Positions 36,780 to 49,105 of a stretch of DNA of 64,000 bases are shown piece by piece. This DNA comes from Podarcis erhardii (Eukaryota): NCBI GenBank assembly GCA_964252035.1, contig OZ176201.1, one strand, 5' to 3'. The notes under the pieces are model-generated. The model made no database searches. It saw only the letters and a list, made by a program, of their open reading frames with translations, and was not told where the DNA came from. The number at the start of each line of letters is the position of its first letter. Positions within the stretch are counted from its first letter, which is position 1. The position numbers and the translations under genes were made by a program.

Positions 36780-37470
36780 CTAAATGGGGCACAAATAAAA
36801 ATTTCAATAAGATTATCTGCAACATGGAGTAACTGAAGTTAGTTAGAAAGTTTAGCGAGCTCCCGTGCCCAGGGCCTGTCAGCCTGCAAGTCAGTGGAGA
36901 TAGTATCAAGACTGTGGGAGGTCATAAAAGATGTCCCTTCTCACTAGGGTTGTCGAAGGAATCCACTGAAAACAGAATATCAAGCAAATTTCCTTTAATC
37001 TGCCCATTTTATCCCCACTGGCAGAGACACTCGCTGTGGAAACTATTTACCTTAATTATCTACAACAAACTTAAAAAAAACCACACCACATGAACATGTT
37101 ATGTGTAAATAGATATGTAAATTGCTTTGCTATATATATTATTTACATCATCATATATACAGGTGCCTCTTTACTGTCCTTGTTTCTAAAGTGTTGTTCG
37201 CACCCTAAGGCCACCTATATGCACTAATATGTTGCAATCCCAACAATGTCTACTCAGAAGTAAATCTCACTGACTTCCAAGTACGGTTACAATTTCAGAC
37301 TTAATCTGTATCCTCTTGTGTATTTTAAAGCCAGTAGAATGCATTGCTCCTTATTCTTTTCACATGGAAAACCACACTTCCTGGGGTTACCTTGACTTAC
37401 AACTAAACTGTTCCTCCCTGATGCCAGAGTGAAAAAAGCATGGTGCTGATAATGCCAAGGTCACTTCATA

Positions 37471-37523
37471 TTCCTGCATTGTAGGGGGTTGGACTAGATG
37501 ATCCTTCCAACTCTGATTCTATG
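37471..37523 (+). mobile_element. CR1 LINE 3' tail
   Basis: ttcctgcattgtagggggttggactagatgatccttccaactctgattctatga. Confidence 0.7.
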
Positions 37524-39168
37524 ACAAGTTTATATTGAACTGTGAAATCAAGGTAGCGAGAAGTAGAAGACTCTAGTTTTTTTGCTGCAAAATACTAACA
37601 TGGTCCCCCCCCGCCCCCCCCCCCAAAACACAAGGAATGTAACTCATTTGTAAGTTATCTGTTGATGGCTGAGATATATGTGTCTAATGTGTGCTACATA
37701 AAAAAAAATGTTAGAAATTACAAGTATTTCCACATCAGCAGGCAATGAAACAGCACACAAACTTTTGCAAAATAAACCAATTGCATAGGAATGGAAAACA
37801 TCAGAAGAAAGTGCAAATGAATATTGCAATTGAGACGTGTTTGTACATCCCTTCTTCCCGTCTGACCTTCTGTAGTTGAGTACAAGGAACAAAATATACA
37901 GGCACCACATCATTTGTAAAGGGCATGTTTATATATTTATTAGCCACACATTCCTTTTAAAACAGTCTGAAGCAGCAATCTGGTCCTTACCCAGATGACA
38001 CTTCCAAGAATTTTTAAATGATATGTATCTAATAATATACTAATGCATGTTTTACAATCGTCACAGTACTGGTGTATTTTGTACTTGGATACTCTGACCC
38101 AAATATAAAATCTCAACATGTAACGCAGCCTTAAGATAGGCCTGCTGCCCCCAACATCATGGGGCAGTCCTCAGGTCACCTCTCCGGTGACCATTTTTAA
38201 ACATTAGGTGTGTTTGGAATTACAACTCCCAGTGCTCAAGGGTGATTGGAGCTGTAGTCTGTACCATGGGCAGGACACCATGTTGCCCATCGTTGCTTTA
38301 CGGCTTTTAAATATTTCTTTCATTTTTAACTTGGGCAGCATCCAGCTACTCCCCTTTCCCCCAGAATGCCTCTGGGTCCACCTCCATAGGAAAGGAGTAA
38401 AGAAGGAAAGCTATAGGGCAGTGCTTTGCCTTCCAGCTTCTCTCTAAATATCATAAGAAAAGGGACGGAGGGCCCTCTTGTTGCCCTAGAGGGACAAGGG
38501 AGTATTTTGTCTGTTTCGAAGGGCAGAGTTTCCCTAGATGTTTTGGGAAGAGGTACGTGCATAAGTGGTTTGTCTGTTACTTAGTGGTTTACATGGAATA
38601 TTAAATATACATTAAAATTATCCATAAAAGTTAAGCAACTTTTTTTAAAAAAATAATAATAATCAAAATATAAATGGAAATTAGTAGTTTAAAATATACC
38701 AGTGTTTGGTTGGGAGTATGCGTGGATATTATTTCTGTTATCTGGGGCAATATTTCTGAGTATTGCCATTTTCCCTCTCTGAAATGGGTATTTTGTAGTG
38801 CCCATGACAGCTTCATAGAATTCCACAATTCCTGAGACAGATGAATGAGCCATCTAACACAAGGTCCTGTTGGCGCTATTGTTGGAAACAGCTTGGCTTC
38901 AACAGATCATCAAAGTCTCAGCTTGCTCCTTTTGCAGGTACTTTCACCCCAGAATTCTAATGGACCCAGTTTTGTGACACAAGGAGGTACTGTCTGGGTA
39001 GTTCCTAGCGACTCCCATCTCCGAGCAAAGCCAACACTGTAACTCACCTCCCCAAACACCTAAAACCAGTCCCCCCCCCACTTACTGCAGATGAGTGCTA
39101 GTTGTTGTCTAGCCAATAAGACATGTTAACAATTTTTCTTCCTACGTAGTGGGAGGTTAGGCTCATAC

Positions 39169-39294
39169 CTTTGCAGATGTGGTAACAGTGCCAGGAGGTG
39201 TTTGTTGCCCATTCTGTTGTTTAGGACTTTCTGGCTGGCCATTCCTCAGAGATGTCATATCAGCCGTATCATTTTCAGAGCCAACGGAATGATC
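39169..39294 (-). CDS. MYOCD: MYOCD exon 7 (126 nt; DHSVGSENDTADMTSLRNGQPESPKQQNGQQTPPGTVTTSAK)
   Basis: ttccAG acceptor, AAG|GTatga donor; phase 0-0; GSEND motif and length match the recalled human exon. Confidence 0.93.
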
Positions 39295-40672
39295 CTGGAA
39301 TCAAAATAAATACATGGAAATTAATAAACATCAATATGCACATTTTCAAGAAGCCTATCCACATGCAGGCAGCTTACAGACTATTACAGAAATGGTCCAT
39401 GCTAGTCTTGCTCAGGACCAGTTATCTTGACCTTGTTTGGAGCCTTAACTAGGACTGGACTACATGTTATCACTTTTTTCAACTGGCATCTCTCCATGAT
39501 CTGTATTTAGAGCAGCGTAACATGGAAGTTTCCTTGCCAGCATCAGATGCTCCTGGAAACTATGTGCACCAGCCTTCAACAACCTAGTGACCACCTGATG
39601 TTACTGGACTACAACTCACAACATCCAATGGGGATTGTAGTTCAAAGCAAGCTTTAGTGTATTAGGCTGGGCAAGGCTGCTCTGTGCAATCAAGAGGATC
39701 TACAGTAGATGTTAAAGCAATAGCATGGATTGCCGACAGAAGGCAGTCTTCCATAGGGATAAGGTTCCATATAAAATGGGCTTGACACTGGAGTAGGTAA
39801 AAGAAATGGATGACAAGCTGTGAGAGCAGTGAACTACACTCCTAAAATCACTTGATCTTAAAATGGCTAGCTAGCTAAATCCAACCCACCAACTGATAAA
39901 TGCAAAATTCTTCTGTAACGGACATTCTATAAATAAATGTGTTTTTAAAAAAAAAAAAATCAACAAAAACTACCTTGGAGGCCCCCAATTTCTCAGTCTC
40001 CATCATAATCAATCAGCATATTTTGCTGGTGACTCGGGACTCCCTGCCATGGCATTTCTACACAGCTGAGACCAATCGCATTTATCAGGCTAGTGTTATT
40101 AGGGAAACCAAATGGACGAATCGTTGGGCTCTGTGCCATAAGTGCTTGGAAAATGGAGGTGCCCCATGCCAAGTACACTGTGTAACAAAACTGCCGGAAT
40201 GGAGGAGGGCACTCCAAGCCAAGAATATGTCGTGTTCAGGTTAACAGTGGCTCAGGATCCTTTGCAGGACACCCCCATGTTTTATGTAACCACCAGAGGC
40301 TGACCTTACAGCTGGCTTCCTCCATAGGCTACAGTGCCCTCAGATCTTGGCATGCATTGCATCTTTTTACCCACAACAAGTTCTTATTCCAGCCCTGAGG
40401 AGAGGAATATGCTTCCTCTGGCATCAGACATTTTTTCCTAATAGAAGCTCTTGGACTCATTGTCCAGTACTGGATGCTGACGGGGGGTGAAGACAAACGT
40501 AAAAAGTTTATAGAGAGGGACTGATTTGGAAGCACACTCACTGTGCTGAATCCAAGCGCATGTTTTCTGACCTGGATTGAGCTTGTGGGAGGTGGGTGTG
40601 GCTTGGTTCTGCAAATTTAATCCAAAGTATCAGGACGTCTCATCTGTCCAAAAGTAAGAAATACCGTTTTAC

Positions 40673-40848
40673 CTGAGTTGTCCCTGACATTGTGGGTAAC
40701 GTTGCTTCTGAAATTTTGATTCCGGCTGCTGATTCTGTGGATCCCTGGGAATCCTCGCTTCTGATCTGCTCTGGGGATAGCCCATCACTGCTACTATCTT
40801 CTTCAAAAGCAAAAGCATCTGAGGATTTAGAGAAGTTTGCTTGGTTAC
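40673..40848 (-). CDS. MYOCD: MYOCD exon 6 (176 nt; G-NQANFSKSSDAFAFEEDSSSDGLSPEQIRSEDSQ...TTQ)
   Basis: ccacAG acceptor, CAG|GTaaaa donor; AFEEDSSSDGLSP motif. Confidence 0.97.
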
Positions 40849-42845
40849 CTGTGGCAGGAAGGAAGAAAAAGACTCAGTGATAGATGATTCTGAATGGCAG
40901 TAAGTTTTTAACAAGTGTACATGTAGCAAAGCAAACAAGTGATCTTAACACACTACAGTATTCACAGCTGTACACTTTCTTGTTCCTGTCAGGTAGGTAA
41001 AGCTGTGATTTATTTGTGCTCAAAGGCAAGTACCAAAGCAGCAAATTCAGTATGGTTGACAAACATTCAACTGAGAACTATTATAGAAAACCACTAATGA
41101 AGCAGTGGTTCGAGAACATGTAAATGGTGTGCTAATAAAATCTGAATTCAGCAATTGGTTCCACTGGCTCTGTTGAAGGTCCAGCTCCACCAGGCCTTTC
41201 TCCATCATCCTGGGAGCAGTCATCCCACCTGAGTGCATCAGACGGAGAGATGGGAAGCATAACTATTGAGAGGGACTAGCTCCTTGACTCCTCCCCCTGA
41301 ACTGTTTCCACACCTGCTGGCCCTTGTGAACATTTTGTAAGTTTAAGAACTGCTGCTTCAGCTTGCTTTCCCCCTCCTCACTCCATCCTTTCCTCCTTTT
41401 GAGTTCTGCATTTTAGATCAGAAGCCTGAGGGTTCCCATGTTTCTTAATTGCTCTATAAGCTGCTCTGGAATCATTTTCAGCTGCAGAACGGAATTACAA
41501 ATGCTTTAAATAAATAAATAATTCTCAAACATTGGTTACTGGAACTATCTGATTTCCCATGAGGTTCTGATTCTCCGTGGAACACACATTTTCAGGATTG
41601 TTACTATTTTACTGGGTTTTGTTTTTTAAAAAATGAGGATCTTCTTTCTTTTCAACTGTTTTTGAAGATGCTCATGATTTTGTTTGAGGCACTATATTAT
41701 ATGTGCCACAGCTTGCACCCATCAGTCTTCAGACCCTCCCCCCTGCAAGATAGCAGATCTTTAATAAATCCAGAACCTTCAAGGATAGCATCATTAGAAG
41801 GCTCTTGTTTTTATCCCAAAATTTCACAACTCTGCAGAATGCAACCGTTATCCCATTTCAAATTGCATCGTCTCTGTATTAGTTCAGATTATTTATTTAA
41901 AAATGCAAATTTGTTTTTAAATGCACATTTCAAAGTGGATGTGGCCAAAGTGTAAAAGTGGGCAAGGTCATTCTATTTTTAAAAAATATAGGGCACATTT
42001 TAAGAGTCTTGGAGGTTGGGGTTACAAAAAAACCCTTTTGACATTCTGGAGTCACAGCTGGGAATTTGTGGGAGTGGGGAAATAGGAGCAGTCAATTTTT
42101 TAAAAAGAGAATTGATGTGTGTGTGTGTGTGTCTTGGAAGCCCACAAAAAAAAATATTGGGGGGTCAAATGCTGCTTGTGCACCATGGTGAGAATACTCC
42201 AAGAAACTCATCAATAATGTGCCCCCAAACAATTCACCAAATCAATAGCTTGCATGGTTTTTTCATCCTACAACCTCCTTTGAGAAATGCTGCAAAGATG
42301 CGACCCATTTTGCTTCTCCGCGAATCAATGTGGCTTATGCCAGATGATGCTTCTCTGCCACTCAGCATACTCAGTGGGTTCTGGAAAGTGTTCCTGTGCA
42401 GTATCCCGCAAACTAGCAGGCAAAAGCGCTTGACCCTTGGCTTTTGCTGATAAGTAAAGTGCTGGGAAAGACAGGCTCTATCACAAAAGCCCCTGCAAGG
42501 CTGGAAGACAGAGAGTAGGCAGTGGAAGGAAGGAAGATTCCTGCTACACGCTGTAATCTTTCCAGGGACATGTCTGGCTTTGATCAAGTTTCTTCCTACT
42601 CTGCTAGTGAAGAGGGATTTGAAGAGGGCAGGAATGAAGGAACCATTCTAGGGTGCTAGAATCCTGCTAGCTCTTCAACATGGATCTGTACTCTCTTATG
42701 GGAATGATTCCAAAGGCATTCCCATGGAGAAAACATCAAGAACCCTCCATCACATTGCAAGGGACCCTCTCCACAGCGAGTCTTTTGTATAGCCTACTGT
42801 GCATGGATGTTGCTATAGCGCCAGAGGTGCCTTTCCTGGTATTAC

Positions 42846-43007
42846 CTTTGATGGCTTCTTTCACAGCTGAGTCAACAGGAATGATATTCTTCTCCACCAG
42901 CTCCAGAGGACCTGGCCGAAGAGCAATTTTCTCATTTAGATTGTCTGCAAGACGGGCTCTTTTCAGTTTCATCTGAGTAGCCTGGACAGACCCTTCTGTG
43001 GCTGAAT
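42846..43007 (-). CDS. MYOCD: MYOCD exon 5 (162 nt; RPEL3: D-SATEGSVQATQMKLKRARLADNLNEKIALRPGPLELVEKNIIPVDSAVKEAIK-G)
   Basis: ttacAG acceptor, G|GTaata donor; RPEL3 and KLKRAR basic NLS element. Confidence 0.98.
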
Positions 43008-43189
43008 CTGTAAAGCCAAATGGTAAAAATATAAATTATTCCACAAAATAACCAGCCTGTGCCACAGCTCCTTTCCTTTTATCACTTCTAAGAAACACAG
43101 GATAAATTCTATGTCAGTTCTTTCCCAGTAGTTAGAACCTGAGTGTAGCTATAACACAAAGCATTTCTCTTGAACCATAAAACAACTGT

Positions 43190-43530
43190 GGCTTGCCAAT
43201 CAGAAGGTCGGCAATTTGAATCCCCGCAATGGGACGAGCTCCTGTTGCTCTGTCCCAGCTCCTGCCAACCTAGCAGTTCGAAAGCACGCCAGTGCAAGTA
43301 GATAAATAGGTACCGCTCCAGTGGGAAGGTAAACAGCGTTTCTGTGCGCTGCTCTGGTTTCGGTGTTCTGTTGCGCCAGAAGCGGCTTAGTCATGCTGGC
43401 CACATGACCCAGAAAAAACTGTCTGCAGACGAACGCCGGCTCCCTTGGCCTGTAAAGCGAGATGAGCGCCGCAACCCCACAGTCGCCTGCAACTGGACTT
43501 AACTGTCAGGGGTCCTTTACCTTTACCTTT
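43190..43530 (+). mobile_element. Sauria-type SINE, slightly 5'-truncated
   Basis: High similarity to the 30303 copy; cctttacctttaccttt tail. Confidence 0.9.
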
Positions 43531-44919
43531 AACCACAACTAGCCACAGAGTGCAACGATGACAGGTGTGCTTGTAGATAAGCTTTTCTCACTGCTGATAC
43601 GATATGCAGTCAATTTTAACAATGCTCAAGATACACAGAAAGTATTACCTGTACATAGTTCCCTGTAGCCAAACAAAATAATTCCAAGGTTCTCACCCAG
43701 TGCACCACACCCTTTATGTGCGTCTGCATACCAGCATGGCTGAGCCACAGTTTGCTGGGGAGTGGGTAGCACACAAGCAAACAATCCTTCAAATGCAATG
43801 CTGGGCATGGAATCCTATGCAGGAAAGTCATTTCTGCAAGCCCAGTAAAAACTTGGTTTCAAGAGCTAAATGAGAATTGCAAGAAGCAGTATCTAAAAGA
43901 GGGAATAACTTGCTTCATGAGATGTGCATTTTCCCCCAGTTGTATAGTGTGTGCCATACATGCTAGAGCAGCAATTGCCCCAGCCAGGCTCAAATAAAAC
44001 CCACCCCAGATTTGTTTATAGAATAACATCATGCAAACATCATCATAAATCAGTTCGATGTTTATTCTTGTCCCCACCCTGAAGGAACCCAAGGTGGCAA
44101 ACTAACAAAGATTACAAACATTTTAGAAAAGTTTTAAAACCTAAAATAATTCATAAGCATTCCATAAGCAGGAGATTGCTACCAAGAAGGCCTAGATTAG
44201 GGCAATAAAAGGTGCTTTTATACCTTTCCTGAAGAGGGATCAAAAGACACTGAGGCTTACTCAGAACATGGCAGAAGTGTCTTCTGCTGTTGGCTTGCCA
44301 CAACTACAAGAAGTCCCAAACATCTAAGGCAATCTCCCACAACCTGGTGCCCTCTAGAGGATTTGGACTACAATTCCCATCAGTCCCAGACCACATCGTC
44401 AATGGTCAGGGATGATGGGAGTTGTCCAAAACCCTTGCGGAAGTCTAGACTATCTATTAACATAGAACAGCTCATTTGCAATTCGGTGGTGTATTTCTAT
44501 ACTTACAAACATGTAAAAAGAAACCTCAAGGTCGTGATCCCCATAAAATCATCAATAAAATACACTGCTAACAACAAAATTACACCAACAAATTAGTAAA
44601 TCAGAAATATACACTACTAAACTGGGTCACCCTTGAGTAAACAAATGTGTTTTAAGTAGGTACCGGAAATAGCAACACTATAGGTGCCTGCCTTACCAGG
44701 AGCTCATTCCAAAGGGCATGTGATGTAATACTGAAAGCCCTGGGTTTTTGCAGACATAAGATGAACGTCAGGAGTAAGCAGCACCTTTAAAAGTGTCTCC
44801 CCCAGGGATTGAAGTGACTGGGTAGGGATATACAAGATTAGGTGGTCCCAAAGATAATCTGGTTATTAAGGACTTTGTATGCTAATAGCAAGATCTTAAA
44901 CTTATTCATTCAATCTTAC

Positions 44920-44995
44920 CCTGTAAAATGTGCATATCAACCAGTTCTGAGCGCTCAGGTCTGTTTCGGGTCTTGTGCTTTAAATAATCTTCAGT
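44920..44995 (-). CDS. MYOCD: MYOCD exon 4 (76 nt; RPEL2: TEDYLKHKTRNRPERSELVDMHILQ-D)
   Basis: ctgtAG acceptor, G|GTaaga donor; MHILQ motif; ATG at 44935-44933 is equivalent to the short-isoform start. Confidence 0.97.
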
Positions 44996-45142
44996 CTACA
45001 GAACATAAGAACAGAGATCATTACCTCACTAGCTTGATTTAAAGTGCATTAGGCAATGCTTCTTTAAAAGGATTCAGTCAGACTTGGTCTAACTGACATT
45101 CATTTTAGTTAACATTTGTTCTTCTCTGGTAGGACCCACACC

Positions 45143-45312
45143 AAAAGATTCAAGTTACAGGAAAAGAGATTTCAGCTCAACATCGGGAATAATTTTCTGA
45201 TGGCAAGAGCTGTTTGACAGTGGAACCGACTAAGCAGAAGCCATCTGCATGCTTTAGTTGAGATTGCAGGGGTTGGACTAGATGACCCTCAGGATCCCTT
45301 CCAATTCGATAA
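45143..45312 (+). mobile_element. CR1 LINE 3' fragment
   Basis: aagagatttcagctcaacatcggga...ggggttggactagatgaccctcaggatcccttccaattc. Confidence 0.75.
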
Positions 45313-46397
45313 TTATCCCACAACTTTTTGTCTGTATACTGAATGTCTGTAGGCTAGGACTTGGATCTTTTAAGAGCTCCATTTGTGCAAACCCGAACTT
45401 TTGGCAGGTTTCCCAGAATGCAAGTAACTTATAATTGGCACAAAGGAATCATAATACTACACCAACTTTTAATATGCACTATATTCAGCACAATTTCAGT
45501 TTAGCTTACGGCACAGATCTTAAACAAGTGTAAAATTCAGCCCTAAGTACCCAGCTGTATCAAAGTAAATTTATTTACTTCACTAGAACTTATCTAACAG
45601 CAGCTCTGTTGTGTTTTAGCTAATAGGTATTTAAAACCCATCGCAATTAAATTGGTGTAGTTTCATGTTATGTGTGAACAAAGATTTTCAAGTAGGCTTC
45701 CCATCAGTCCCTCTCAACCAAACTAGCTGTGAAGTGTTCTGATATTGCTTCCCCCTGCCAGCCCCCAGGTCCCTCCCCAGCTGAATAAAGGCTTAGAATA
45801 TATTTTTGGTTCTATTTCTCCCTAAACGAATGTAGTTTAGGGCTTTTGACTCATATAATCCTTTTTTCTTCCAGGCAATCGGCCAGTAGAAGCCTTTGAA
45901 GGGAGACTGTGAGATATTAACCTATGCCTGAACACTGAAATATAGGGTACTTCTAAGATACTTCAGACTTCTTGAAGTGTTCCAAGCACATTTATTTTTC
46001 ACAGGGGGCTATACATCCTTCATTACGTTGGTCTTGAATTTTTGCAGGACACTCATATACAATAATGTAACATAGGCATCTTCTACATGTGTGCAGGTTT
46101 TTGATAAATGCCTATACATAAATTTCATCAAAAGTTTTGAAAGTAAGTTAATATATATGTACACAGAATTGTAGAGACTATAAAAGGATTCACTTGTTTG
46201 GCTTCCTGACCTAAATTTCCTCTACATATTAACTCCTATGCCATAAACAGAGGAAATAAAGGATAAGGTGCACCACAAGTTCCCATTAAATGGGACAAGT
46301 TAACAGACGGCAACTACTACTACTAATACAAATTCTGAGTAAATCAAGTCATAGTTTCCAGGACCTTCCAAAGTCACCATATACTATTGTCCATCTA

Positions 46398-48014
46398 TTC
46401 TTTTTTTTAATTATATTTATTAAAAAATTTCAAATCTAACAGAAAAGAAAAACATCCAAATTTAAGGCCTTATTTTCAATGTCATCTTTCCAGGACTTCC
46501 CCTCCCCTCCCCCTCTTGTATTCCAGTTCTTTCAAATAGATTCAGCAAATTCTTACCCCAAGTTTTAAAGTTATTATCATTAACCCAATTTAAAAAATAT
46601 TTTCCCATCCCCTAAAATCGACCTGTTCCCTTCCACGAGTTCCCCTCTTTAATATACAATACAGATTAACATAAAAAAATAGAAAAAAGAATAAAATGTA
46701 ATTTAACACCCTTTGGATTCCAAATTTCCCTCCCCCCTTTCCCGGTTGCGTTCCCAATGTCCGTCAATGTCTACTGTCGTCCTGGAGCTCCCACATCTAA
46801 GCCATAGTCCTTCACCAGTCTGCTTTGCCGTCTTTTTAATAGTCTTTGCCGTCTTTTGGTCATCTTTGATTTCGAATGTCCGATCTTGGAAGGGGTCTAT
46901 CTTCCAACTTTGTCCAGTTCTTGTTGTTCTTGTTGTTCTTGTTGTTCTCTCTTCTCCTCTCCCCCCCCCCCCGCTCTCCTGCACAAATGTTCTAATTCCG
47001 AAAAGCTTGTAATTCCTCTACAGAGGCTTTGTTATTCAGGAACAAAACATTACGTCAAGTCCCTTCCATTCTTCAATAGATAAATCTATTGTCTCCTTTA
47101 GTGTGTAGACCTCTGTAGACAAAATAGTGTTCCATTTCTGCAGTTTCCCAGGAGATAAAAAGTCCGATTCAAATTCCATGCCAGCAATACTTGTAATGAC
47201 CCACAGCTCCTCTAGAGGGATTATAATAACTCAGTTTCCTTCCCGATCACACCCACCAGTCAAAGTAACTTATTATTCCTTGTTTTAAACAGTTTATATC
47301 CAATTTATAACAAATGTAACCAGCAAAGTCCTCGTAACAAAGTTCTCTTTTTGTTCTTCAGTTTTGGCAGCTCCTTTGACAGCTGTCAAAACCTCTATTT
47401 CTCCTCTCCCGGCGCTCTCACGGATCGCTCCCGGGGTTTTTCGGGGGGGGGGTTGTATTTTAATCCACATTCCACTTTTCTCCTCCAGCCCAGCTTATAA
47501 TTTTCCATCGCGAAATTAATAACTTTATCAAAAAAAAAAAAGGTTGCACTCGATCTTAGTTGTCAGGTCCTTTGCTTTAGCTCTTCTACAACAGGGGGGA
47601 GGCTGACTTCCTTTTTGCACCTCCCCCGCTCGCTCCGAATTTAAGAAAAAAATTGTTCCCCTTTTTAATCCAAGTTCCAATTACTCACGGGTTATTCTTT
47701 TGAGTCCAGATTTTCAATGGAAGAAGTCAGCGCTCTCCACCAAATGGCATGCGGCTTCACTCGGCAGGGGAAGCGGAGGACTCACAGCACCCCCCCGTCA
47801 CCCGCTCCGTAGCCTTTAAAAAGGCTCCTTCGCGTGGTCGGGGGGGGGGCGCAAACGGTGCCCGCCGAGTCACCATGCCCATGGGTTTCAGCGCCCATGG
47901 TTTTTGAGGGTCCCCGCGTCGCCGGCGCGGTAGAACCCAGCCCCTGCCGAGCAGGCTCCCTCCGAAGCTCGGAGGGAGTCCGCCATTCGGCGATGGCGCC
48001 AACCCGGAAGTCTC
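46398..48014 (-). mobile_element. Non-autonomous L1-like retroposon, 1617 bp, in MYOCD intron 3
   Basis: Perfect 18-bp TSD tatactattgtccatcta (46380-46397 and 48015-48032); CpG-rich 5' end GACTTCCGG...ATGGCGG; AATAAA plus A-rich tail; no long ORF. Confidence 0.8.
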
Positions 48015-48711
48015 TATACTATTGTCCATCTAGCCCAGCATTGTCTATTGTAACTAGCAGCACATCTCCATATCTCTTTACCAATCTTGCTGCTGGTGTC
48101 ATTTAACTAGAAGTACCAAGGATTGGACCCGGGTCGTCATCCGTGCAAAATACCAGCTTTATGAATGAGCTATAGGCCTCTCTCTATATGGATTGTATTC
48201 TCTATATAAGAGAACTGCTATCAGTCTTGGAAAAGGCTTCTCTAAGCAGACTGAGTTCCCCAATTTCCCCCTTTGCCAAACTGCAAAATTCAGAGAAACA
48301 TGAATTTTGAAGGATGGCCTTGTTTAAGTTTGCGTATTATTTCTGAAATGGCAAATTAGGTAGGTTCGCCTTTAAATGTAAACAGAATCAAATTTCTGCC
48401 CTCCCCGCCCACGCTACACCTCTAGTAAGAGTCTTGGCTGGAGACTTGCAGCAGGGAAAGCTTGAGAATATCTTGTACTTTCTCTAAATAAGACCAGATC
48501 ACCAGCTCTTCCACTAGTGGGGTAGGTGGGGGGGAACTGCCTCTTAATCTTATCTTTCTCATTAGCTTTAATTAACAGTGCCTAAACTCTGCTTGATAAC
48601 TGGTGCCAGCAAGAGACAAGAGTACAGGTTAAGAACAGCCCAAAGGCACTCTGCAGTGTCACAAGAAGAGAAGGGCAATATGGTGTACTGCAGACATCAG
48701 GCACAAGGTTT

Positions 48712-48858
48712 NNNNNNNNNNNNNNNNNNNNNNNNNNNNNNNNNNNNNNNNNNNNNNNNNNNNNNNNNNNNNNNNNNNNNNNNNNNNNNNNNNNNNNNNN
48801 NNNNNNNNNNNNNNNNNNNNNNNNNNNNNNNNNNNNNNNNNNNNNNNNNNNNNNNNNN
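48712..48858. other. Assembly gap (147 N) in MYOCD intron 3
   Basis: Run of N. Confidence 0.99.
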
Positions 48859-49049
48859 CTCATGGGACATGTGCCAATTAAGTTTAGAGCCCTGTAAAGG
48901 TGTGCTAAAGGTATAGTAGTATCTGCAGAAATGAATCCAGTGATTTTCCAACATTCCACTCACATTCCTGCACATGGCCACAACCTTCTCAGCAGCTAGT
49001 TAACCTGCATGATCTCCAGCCACCCCCTCTGATGCCTACCCAGGGTTAC

Positions 49050-49105
49050 CTTGGCTCTCTCCAAGCTCTTCTTTTGCTCATGGAAGGGAGAGGCGTTTTT
49101 CAGCG
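49050..49105 (-). CDS. MYOCD: MYOCD exon 3 (56 nt; P-LKNASPFHEQKKSLERAK)
   Basis: ttgcAG acceptor, AAG|GTaacc donor; FHEQ motif; correct phase (1 to 0). Confidence 0.96.

Noticed and set aside
48578-48981. ORFs containing X runs
   Set aside because: Artefacts of translating across the 147-N assembly gap.
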